Source: a virus
IMG/VR virus record: IMGVR_UViG_3300015199_000001
Location: 1 to 42,453 of that record
DNA length: 42,453 nucleotides
Reading direction: 5' to 3' (one strand)
Below, piece after piece: positions 22,669 through 29,821 of the stretch (position 1 is the first letter of the stretch; each line of letters opens with the position of its first letter). The notes beneath the pieces were generated by a model, which ran no database searches, had not been told where the DNA came from, and saw nothing but the letters and a program-made list of their open reading frames with translations. The translations under genes and the position numbers were made by a program.

Positions 22669-22938
22669 GTGAGCGAATACGCCCGCAAGCGCCGTGTTTA
22701 CCGAAAGGCGACAAGCAATGCCTTGGCCCGTGCCATGCCCGACCTCGACGTAGCGGCGGCTGAGCGGATTATCCACGCCATTGCGATTTGCGCCGCGTCC
22801 ATGGCGTGGAAGGGCGAGCCGGGGAACGTCGAGGGGATAATGAACCTCGCCGATGAGTTCGCGGATTACATCAGCGGTGTGTCCGGTGCCAAGATTCCGC
22901 GCCCCGACATTACCGAAGCCAAGAAAGCGGCGCGATGA
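22669..22938 (+). CDS. Hypothetical protein (89 aa), first late-arm gene
   Basis: GTG start with AGGAG Shine-Dalgarno. Confidence 0.45.
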   Translation: MSEYARKRRVYRKATSNALARAMPDLDVAAAERIIHAIAICAASMAWKGEPGNVEGIMNLADEFADYISGVSGAKIPRPDITEAKKAAR

Positions 22939-23057
22939 GCATAATCGTCCGCAAGTGCACTAGCTGCCTGGACGACAATCGCACGACACGGGGTATTGTG
23001 GTCGAGATCGAGTTCTTCGGTTGCTTGGTCGAGCTATGTTTAACGAGGGCGCGATGA
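22935..23057 (+). CDS. Hypothetical Cys-rich peptide (40 aa)
   Basis: ATGA-coupled on both sides. Confidence 0.25.
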   Translation: MSIIVRKCTSCLDDNRTTRGIVVEIEFFGCLVELCLTRAR

Positions 23058-23320
23058 GCCTTCGCCTGGTCGCCCCCGACAACGTGGTCAAACTTGACAC
23101 AATCAATATCACCGACGTTCCCGCCACAATCCACTCCGTTGCCGACGAGATCGCGAACGGGCAGTTCGGCGAAGTCTTACGCGCCATTGTGATTATCGTG
23201 GATATGTATGGCGAGCCGACGACGATTGGTTGCGGAACTGACTGCAACCGCGTGATGACGCTGGGCCTGCTTGAATACGCCAAGCATCGCTTCCTCCAGT
23301 CGCTGGACGAAGCCGAATGA
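23054..23320 (+). CDS. Hypothetical protein (88 aa)
   Basis: ATGA-coupled start inside listed ORF 23021..23320. Confidence 0.4.
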   Translation: MSLRLVAPDNVVKLDTINITDVPATIHSVADEIANGQFGEVLRAIVIIVDMYGEPTTIGCGTDCNRVMTLGLLEYAKHRFLQSLDEAE

Positions 23321-23424
23321 TCCGCCTGTTCGTCATTTCGCTCGGCATCGGGGCTGGCCTTGCGCTGGCCCCGCTGATCTTGGCCGAGCTGGTCATTCAC
23401 TACTCCAAACTTCGCCACCTGTAG
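23317..23424 (+). CDS. Small membrane peptide (35 aa)
   Basis: Hydrophobic LFVISLGIGAGLALAPLILAELVI. ATGA-coupled. Confidence 0.3.
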   Translation: MIRLFVISLGIGAGLALAPLILAELVIHYSKLRHL

Positions 23425-23433
23425 GAGCGCGCC

Positions 23434-24819
23434 ATGAGGGGATTGCGCTTGGGCCTCGGCCTGTCGAGGACTGGCGGCATCGCCGACCCCTCGGCTGGCT
23501 ACGCCCTGTACCTCGACTTCAAGAACCAGCTTTATCGTTCGGGATCGACGCTCATCTCGTCGGCAGTGGCGCTTGGGCCTGAGATTTGCGGCGACCCCGG
23601 TTTTAATGGGGGCGGATGGTGGATTTTAGACGCCGGGGTTACTATCAGTGGCGGCAAGGGTGTCTGGACGGCGACGACGGGAAATGCTTACCATAACGCG
23701 GTTCTCAATATAGGCTCGTCCTATACGGCAACTTACACAGTTGACAGTGTTACAGGCGGAACGATTGGCATCGTGCCGGGCGGGGTGCAGCGCGCCGCTC
23801 CCGGCACCTATACCGAAACCTTCGTCGCGACGCAGACCTATTTTGCCATGGGCGCTGGCGGCACTACCGCGACGGCGCAGATTGACAACGTATCGGTCAA
23901 AGCCGTCGGCATCGCCGCCCTCCCCGGTTACAGCTACACCCGCACTGGCGCAAAGCAGGAATTGCTCGCCAGCGGTGCGGTATCGTCCAGCTTCGCCGCT
24001 AATGTCCCCGGCATTACGACAGCGGGTTATTACTCGCGGGGGGCGGTGACGAACTTGCTCTTAAATGCGGGGCAATCGACGAGCCTTTCCACCCAAAATG
24101 TCACGGTCACCGCACAAGCCTACACGCTCTATTTCATGGACACGGGCACCGTCACGCTGTCGGGCGTCTCGGTTGCTGGCCCGTTGGTCGGCACCGGGGT
24201 TAATAATCAAGTCAGCCTGACCTTCACGCCGACCGCCGGCACACTAACGCTCACCGTGACGGGCAACGTCGCCTATTCCAACCTGGTCGCGGGTTCTGCT
24301 GTCGGCCCGATCATCGCCACGGCGGGCGCGACGGTGGCGGTTGGGGCTGATGCACTAGCTGTTAGTCCTCCCGCGTTGGCCGATCAGGACATGCTCATTT
24401 GGGTGGACTGGACGCCCAAGGAAACGGTAGCCTCCGGGTTCGTCAGCCAATACGACAACGGCACCAACGACGCCGACAGCTTTATCTTCTTTGCAAACGG
24501 CGGAACCCGCGTGTGGGTGGCCAGTGGGCTGCAGCACAATGATGCGGGCGCAGCCGAAGTTGTAGGCGTAAGACACACCCGCATCTTACGTCGCCTGTCA
24601 GGCAACTGGCGGTCGGGTAAGATTGTCGCCGGGGTTTTGACATGGGCCGCAGCCGGTGGCGCGGGAACATTCCCGACCGCAGTAACGACACTCCGTCCGG
24701 GCAAAGACACGCTCACCGTCAGCAATGTCGGGCAGGCTCATGCCGGGGACTTCATCAAGGTAGGCACCTTCACCACTGATGCAGCCGTTCTTGCGGCTGT
24801 GGCGGGGACGGGGATTTAA
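23434..24819 (+). CDS. Tail fibre / receptor-binding protein with lectin-like domains
   Basis: N-terminal GLRLGLGLS. CBM-like segment GDPGFNGGGWWILDAGVTISGG...IDNVSVKAV. SYTRTGAKQ...NVPGIT, typical of fibre LamG-like domains. Confidence 0.5.
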   Translation: MRGLRLGLGLSRTGGIADPSAGYALYLDFKNQLYRSGSTLISSAVALGPEICGDPGFNGGGWWILDAGVTISGGKGVWTATTGNAYHNAVLNIGSSYTATYTVDSVTGGTIGIVPGGVQRAAPGTYTETFVATQTYFAMGAGGTTATAQIDNVSVKAVGIAALPGYSYTRTGAKQELLASGAVSSSFAANVPGITTAGYYSRGAVTNLLLNAGQSTSLSTQNVTVTAQAYTLYFMDTGTVTLSGVSVAGPLVGTGVNNQVSLTFTPTAGTLTLTVTGNVAYSNLVAGSAVGPIIATAGATVAVGADALAVSPPALADQDMLIWVDWTPKETVASGFVSQYDNGTNDADSFIFFANGGTRVWVASGLQHNDAGAAEVVGVRHTRILRRLSGNWRSGKIVAGVLTWAAAGGAGTFPTAVTTLRPGKDTLTVSNVGQAHAGDFIKVGTFTTDAAVLAAVAGTGI

Positions 24820-24821
24820 CC

Positions 24822-25436
24822 ATGCCCGCCTTCAACCGAAGCCTCTTGAAGCCGCTGGACACCCAGCCTTGGCGCTACACCGCCTTCCTCCTGCTCGCAG
24901 CCTGTGGCGCTGGCGGCTCAAGTCCCACCCCCCAGCCTTCCGCACAATGGGAGATCGGCCCGACCGGGATCGACAGCGCCCTATGCCCCAGCGGCAATTG
25001 CTCCATCGGCGAGCCTTTATACACAAACGGCAGCATCACCATTAGCCCGACGCAACAGCCGCACTATGTCACGAGGCCGGGAACGACGCCCCCGACGCAT
25101 CTCAGGTTCACCGTCACCGGCCCGCTGATCGGCGCGCACTGCTCATCGAATAGCATGGTCAGCCTGTACTTCGCCACGAAGGACAATGACTGGTCAAGCG
25201 ACGGACAGCGCTGGTGGTCCGGGGCCACGACAATCGACCATGCGGGTGAGTATGACATAACTCCCGTGGCATGGACCTCGGTCAAGACAATGACTTCGCA
25301 GAACAGCCCGCTCGAATATGCCCGCGCCCGTGCCAATGCTGGCCGCGTCGGCCTCACGTTCGGCAACTGCATCGGGCTTGGTCACGGCGCGACGGCTGAC
25401 GGGTCGGTGGTGTTTACGATTAACGAGTTTGAATAG
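24822..25436 (+). CDS. Predicted lipoprotein (204 aa)
   Basis: Lipobox LLLAA|C after a basic N-region, followed by a Ser/Pro/Thr linker. Confidence 0.5.
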   Translation: MPAFNRSLLKPLDTQPWRYTAFLLLAACGAGGSSPTPQPSAQWEIGPTGIDSALCPSGNCSIGEPLYTNGSITISPTQQPHYVTRPGTTPPTHLRFTVTGPLIGAHCSSNSMVSLYFATKDNDWSSDGQRWWSGATTIDHAGEYDITPVAWTSVKTMTSQNSPLEYARARANAGRVGLTFGNCIGLGHGATADGSVVFTINEFE

Positions 25437-25445
25437 GGGGCGCGA

Positions 25446-26879
25446 TTGGCTGATAACCTCCCGATCACCCCCGGATCTGGCGCCACGGTCGCAACCGACG
25501 ACGTTGGCGGTATTCATTACCAGCTTGTAAAGCAGGCGTGGGGCGACCTTAACGTCGCCAATCTTGTCTCGGCTGCCAACCCGTTGCCCGTAAGCGCGAC
25601 GATAACCGGGGTGGCGACGGAAACGACCCTTGCCGGACTAACCGCCAAGTTCGGCGCGCTCGGCCAAGCGACAATGGCGGCCTCTGCGCCGGTCACGATT
25701 GCGTCCAATCAAGGCGCCCTTGCCGTAACCGGGGCGTTTTATCAGGCGACGCAGCCAGTCAGCGGCACGGTAACGGTCGGAAATGCCAGCGTCGCTGTCA
25801 CGGGCAGCTTTTACCAGGCGACACAGCCCGTTTCCATCGCATCGATGCCCTCAACGCCAGTGACCGGGACATTCTTTCAGGCAACGCAGCCGGTAAGCAT
25901 TGCCGCGACGGTTGCCATAAGCGCGGCGAGCCTTCCGCTCCCATCGGGTGCGGCCACGGCAGCCAAGCAGCCCGCACTGGGAACGGCTGGCGCGGCCTCG
26001 ACTGACGTTATCACGGTTCAGGGCATAGCCAGCGGAACAGCGCAGCCGGTCACTGGCACGTTCTGGCAAGCGACCCAGCCTGTTTCCGGCACGATCACCG
26101 CGAATGCGGGAACCGGGACAATGGCGGTCAGTTTGGCGACGCTCCCGGCCTTGACAACGGGCGCGGCGGTCATCGGCGCGGTCACGCAAAGCGGAACGTG
26201 GAACATCGGCACGGTCACGACGCTCCCCGCGTTGCCCGCCAACCAATCGGTCAACAATGCTCAGGTCGCTGGGGTAACGACTGCAACCGGCAGCGGGGTT
26301 GTCGGCACTGGCGTCCAGCGTGTCGTTCTCGCCACCGACGTTGCCTTACCCGCTGGCACGAACACATTAGGCACAACCACTGGCCCAACGCTCACCAAGG
26401 CGACGCAGGGCACGACCGGCTATTCGGTTCAGGACTTGAAAGACGCGGGGCGGGTCAGTTTCGCAGCGGCTACCGTGATCGCTGGAGTCGCGGCGGTTGC
26501 AGTTGAAGCCCTGTTGTCGGTGGTCCCGGTAAGGGACGGCACGGCAGCGGCGGGCGCAACGTCAATCACCGTTACCAGCGGCAAGCGCCTTAGGGTGCAA
26601 GCAATCGTCGCTAGCGCCCGCTCCAGCGCCGCCACGGTGCTTTCGGGCCGCGTGGTGCTACGGATGAACCCAAGCGGCGCCGTGACGGCCACAAGCCCGA
26701 TCATTGCCATCCTAAGCATGACGCAACAAGCAGCGGCATTGGCCGAGGCTGGGGATACCTGCGTTGTTTCGCTGCCCGATGGCTTCGAGATAAGCGGGAC
26801 GCAGCAGATCGGCCTTAGCCAAGTCTGCTCGGGAACCGGCGGCGTCATTTATGCGTCGATTGTCGGCTTTGAATACTAA
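25446..26879 (+). CDS. Repeat-containing fibre/spike-like structural protein (477 aa)
   Basis: TTG start with AGGGGG Shine-Dalgarno. Four copies of TG(A/S/T)F(Y/F/W)QATQPVS. Ala/Thr/Gly-rich. Confidence 0.5.
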   Translation: MADNLPITPGSGATVATDDVGGIHYQLVKQAWGDLNVANLVSAANPLPVSATITGVATETTLAGLTAKFGALGQATMAASAPVTIASNQGALAVTGAFYQATQPVSGTVTVGNASVAVTGSFYQATQPVSIASMPSTPVTGTFFQATQPVSIAATVAISAASLPLPSGAATAAKQPALGTAGAASTDVITVQGIASGTAQPVTGTFWQATQPVSGTITANAGTGTMAVSLATLPALTTGAAVIGAVTQSGTWNIGTVTTLPALPANQSVNNAQVAGVTTATGSGVVGTGVQRVVLATDVALPAGTNTLGTTTGPTLTKATQGTTGYSVQDLKDAGRVSFAAATVIAGVAAVAVEALLSVVPVRDGTAAAGATSITVTSGKRLRVQAIVASARSSAATVLSGRVVLRMNPSGAVTATSPIIAILSMTQQAAALAEAGDTCVVSLPDGFEISGTQQIGLSQVCSGTGGVIYASIVGFEY

Positions 26880-27154
26880 TGCTGCTGCTGTTTTTCGCGC
26901 CACTATGGGCGGCCGCCGCAACGCCATCAGGCTCATGGGCGGCACAACCGACCTCGACCGGGGCGTGGATACCGGCAACAGCTACGGTCGGATCGTGGGC
27001 TAGCGCGGCATTATCGCTCGGCACGTGGGCACTATCAACCGCCCCCACCGGATCGTGGACGGCACAAAGCCAATCGACGGGAGCGTGGGCGACCGCAACC
27101 GCTTCGACTGGCACATGGACACCTAAAGCGCCCGCAACGGGCAACTGGAGTTAA
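26879..27154 (+). CDS. Signal-peptide protein made of nine TGxW decapeptide repeats (91 aa)
   Basis: MLLLFFAPLWAAAA, followed by units containing SGSW, TGAW, VGSW, LGTW, TGSW, TGAW, TGTW and TGNW at 10-residue spacing. Confidence 0.5.
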   Translation: MLLLFFAPLWAAAATPSGSWAAQPTSTGAWIPATATVGSWASAALSLGTWALSTAPTGSWTAQSQSTGAWATATASTGTWTPKAPATGNWS

Positions 27155-27157
27155 AAT

Positions 27158-27448
27158 ATGTCTCTGGAAATTACCTATTATGCGGCAGGTATGAGCGAGG
27201 TCGTCTATGGCGGCCCGATCCTGTCCGAAACCCGCACGGCTTCCGCCGCTTCCGCCCAATCGGGCGCAACGCCTACCAACGCATCCTATGTTCGCATCAG
27301 GTCAACCGCGAACAACCGCTATGCCTATGGCGCCAACCCAACCGCGACAGCGGCTGCCGGGGCCAACGGCCACTACATCGGTTCGGGTGACGTGATCGAC
27401 ATTCCCGCCGTGTCGGGCAATCTGCTCGCAGTCATCACGGCGGCATAG
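27158..27448 (+). CDS. Hypothetical small structural-type protein (96 aa)
   Basis: Ala/Thr/Gly-rich, beta-type composition. Confidence 0.4.
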   Translation: MSLEITYYAAGMSEVVYGGPILSETRTASAASAQSGATPTNASYVRIRSTANNRYAYGANPTATAAAGANGHYIGSGDVIDIPAVSGNLLAVITAA

Positions 27449-27450
27449 AC

Positions 27451-27576
27451 ATGGCAACGATCCTCCTCATCGCCGCGCTGATCCTGTTTATCCTCGCCGC
27501 ATTCAATGCGCGGGTAATGGACATCAACCTGACCGCGCTCGGCCTCGCCTGCTACATCGGATCGATGTTGATCTAA
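27451..27576 (+). CDS. Small membrane protein (41 aa, two helices)
   Basis: ATILLIAALILFILAAF and LTALGLACYIGSMLI. Confidence 0.35.
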   Translation: MATILLIAALILFILAAFNARVMDINLTALGLACYIGSMLI

Positions 27577-27626
27577 CAATCCAGCCACCCGCCACCGCCA
27601 AGCGGACGGGAAACGGAGGATTCCAC

Positions 27627-28151
27627 ATGTTTTATACCTATGAGCTGGTCGACCCACGCGACCAGTCGGTGTTCTATGTCGGCAAAGGCAAGAACGACCG
27701 GCTACGCGCACACGAAAAAGAGGCGAGGGCGGGCAGGCGCGGCCCTAAATGCAGGCGCATCCGTGAGATCATTGCGGCGGGCCACGTGCCGACCGCAAGG
27801 ATCGTAGAGCGGTTTGCGGATGAGCGCGCAGCTTACGAAGCCGAGCGGGCATTAATTGAGGCCCACGGGGCGGAAAGCCTGACCAACATCATGGTCGGCG
27901 GCCACGGGGGCTGGACGAAGAAGGCGTCGCCCAAGAGGGCCGCTCGCGACACAATTCGCAAATGCGTCGACTTCATTCGTCGGGTGATGGCACTGTACCT
28001 GTCCGGCTATCGCGCCGTTTACACAGACCGGAATGGCCGCGAGTTCGATTTCCTAGCTGAGGGCTACAAGATTGCAATGTCGCTCAAAGCCAAGGCTGGC
28101 GACGACTATTTTGATAAGACTGTGGGAGTGCCGACATGGCAGCCCGCTTGA
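27627..28151 (+). CDS. GIY-YIG nuclease-domain protein
   Basis: YTYELVDPRDQSVFYVGKGKNDRLRAHEKEA...RIREI...AYEAERALIEAHG..LTN. GGAGG Shine-Dalgarno. The 3' end overlaps the terS start by 16 nt. Confidence 0.65.
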   Translation: MFYTYELVDPRDQSVFYVGKGKNDRLRAHEKEARAGRRGPKCRRIREIIAAGHVPTARIVERFADERAAYEAERALIEAHGAESLTNIMVGGHGGWTKKASPKRAARDTIRKCVDFIRRVMALYLSGYRAVYTDRNGREFDFLAEGYKIAMSLKAKAGDDYFDKTVGVPTWQPA

Positions 28152-28372
28152 GAAGGTCGCACCAAGAGGATGTGCGCGCTAAAATCCAAACCAGTCAGTT
28201 GATAAATCGCCTTACAGATCACGCACTTGGCGTCGTCGAGCTTTCGGCAACACAAGTAAGGGCGATAGAGATACTGATTAAGAAAACACTGCCCGATCTT
28301 CAAACGGTCGAACTGACCGGCGAGGGCGGTGGGTCGATTGGCCTCGCGATCTTCAAGGGTCTCAATGACTAA
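28136..28372 (+). CDS. terS: Terminase small subunit
   Basis: IQTSQLINRLTDHALGVVELSATQVRAIEILIKKTLPDL resembles small-terminase N-termini of podovirus-type phages (from memory). Directly precedes terL. Confidence 0.55.
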   Translation: MAARLRRSHQEDVRAKIQTSQLINRLTDHALGVVELSATQVRAIEILIKKTLPDLQTVELTGEGGGSIGLAIFKGLND

Positions 28373-29627
28373 GACGGTTGACCTGGTTTCGCCCTATGAG
28401 GTGCGCGACCAGTTCATGCCGCTTCATGCTCGCAAGACGCGGTGGTTCATCGGCGTTGCCCATCGCCGGGCGGGCAAGACGGTTGCCGACATCAATGAGT
28501 TGGTAATCGGCGCCACCAAGTGTCGCCTGCCCAACCCGCGCTTTGCCTACGTCGCGCCGCAGTTGAACCAAGCCAAGGACATCGCCTGGGTCTATCTGAA
28601 GGAATACACCGCGTTCCTTTCGCCCAAGATCAACGAGAGTGAATTATGGGTCGAACTGCCGGGCGGGGCAAGAATCAGGATTTATGGCGCCGACAATGTG
28701 GATCGCCTTCGCGGCATCTACCTTGATGGCGTGGTGCTTGATGAGTTCGGCGACATGGACCCGACGATCTGGTCGCAGGTCATTCGCCCGGCATTGAGCG
28801 ACCGCAAGGGTTGGGCCGCGTTCATCGGGACGCCCAAGGGCAAGAACACGTTTCACCGGCTATGGATTGAGGCTGACGGCGACAAGGACTGGACCCGGCT
28901 GATGCTCAAGGCATCGGAGACGGGCCTGCTGGACGCCAACGAATTGGCCGACGCCCGCCGCATGATGAGCGTGGACGAGTTCGCCCAGGAGTATGAGTGT
29001 AGTTTCGAGGCGGCGGTCAAGGGTGCTTACTACGGCAAGGAAATGAACGATGCGGACGATGCGGGCCGCATATGCAGCGTTCCTTACGATCCTCGCTTTC
29101 CTGTGCATACGGCTTGGGACTTGGGCATGGCGGACTCGACTGCGATCTGGTTCATTCAGGTCGCGGGGCGCGAAACCCGCGTCATCGACTGCCTCAAGGG
29201 CGAGGGCGTCGGTCTCGACTGGTATGTTAAGCGCCTACATGAGCGCGACTATGTGTGGGGCAGCCACTATCTCCCACATGATGTCGAAGTCCGCGAGCTT
29301 GGCACCGGGAAGTCCCGCAAGGAAGTTCTAGAGGGGCTGGGCATCAAGGTCACGGTGTGTCCGAACATTCCCAAGGCCGATGGTATTCAAGCGGTTCGGA
29401 TGCTGATTCCGACCTGCTGGTTCGACAAGACCAAGACGAGGCTCGGCGTTGAGGCGCTGCGGATGTTCCGCCGCGACTATGACGAGAAGCGCCAGGAGTT
29501 TCGCACCACCGAGTTCCGCGACTGGACGACGCACTACGCCGACGCCTTCCGCTATTTCGCGGTCGGGCATCGTGACCGCGCGCCGGTTCGTAAGATCGAT
29601 TATTCCAAGGGGATGCGGGTCGTATGA
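28365..29627 (+). CDS. terL: Terminase large subunit
   Basis: Walker A-like AHRRAGKT, Walker B VVLDEFG and a nuclease-half-sized C-terminus. The ATGA-coupled start at 28365 is preferred to 28329. Confidence 0.85.
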   Translation: MTKTVDLVSPYEVRDQFMPLHARKTRWFIGVAHRRAGKTVADINELVIGATKCRLPNPRFAYVAPQLNQAKDIAWVYLKEYTAFLSPKINESELWVELPGGARIRIYGADNVDRLRGIYLDGVVLDEFGDMDPTIWSQVIRPALSDRKGWAAFIGTPKGKNTFHRLWIEADGDKDWTRLMLKASETGLLDANELADARRMMSVDEFAQEYECSFEAAVKGAYYGKEMNDADDAGRICSVPYDPRFPVHTAWDLGMADSTAIWFIQVAGRETRVIDCLKGEGVGLDWYVKRLHERDYVWGSHYLPHDVEVRELGTGKSRKEVLEGLGIKVTVCPNIPKADGIQAVRMLIPTCWFDKTKTRLGVEALRMFRRDYDEKRQEFRTTEFRDWTTHYADAFRYFAVGHRDRAPVRKIDYSKGMRVV

Positions 29628-29821
29628 ACTGGCCCGCGTTTGAAGCGCGCTTTCCGGGCGCCACCGCAGCAACATTTCGCCACTGGCCGCACGGCACCAA
29701 GCCCTTCGCAAAGGGCGACAAGTTTGGGCCGGTCATGTGGCGCGTCAAATACGATGGGAGGACTGTGGAAATGCAGGACAGCCCCGGCGTGTTGGCCGAC
29801 ATCGCAAAGGCCTTCGCATGA
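29624..29821 (+). CDS. Hypothetical protein (65 aa) between terL and portal
   Basis: ATGA-coupled on both sides. Confidence 0.45.
   Translation: MNWPAFEARFPGATAATFRHWPHGTKPFAKGDKFGPVMWRVKYDGRTVEMQDSPGVLADIAKAFA

Noticed and set aside
26832-26857. Near-EcfG promoter GGAAC-N17-CGTC upstream of the TGxW gene
   Set aside because: The -10 is not CGTT, the site lies inside a coding region, and the downstream gene is translationally coupled to the upstream one. Chance matches at this stringency are expected.
23434-26879. Diversity-generating retroelement acting on the fibre genes
   Set aside because: No reverse-transcriptase-like ORF anywhere in the genome. I saw no template/variable repeat pair matching the fibre 3' ends.
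28329-28364. Upstream extensions of listed ORFs: terL 28329, portal 29737, tail protein 35819, 38573, 37575, 18932, 19497, 11728 and 6240
   Set aside because: In each case an internal ATG/GTG that overlaps or abuts the upstream stop gives a protein starting at the conserved-looking N-terminus. The extensions are Arg-rich and overlap the preceding gene.
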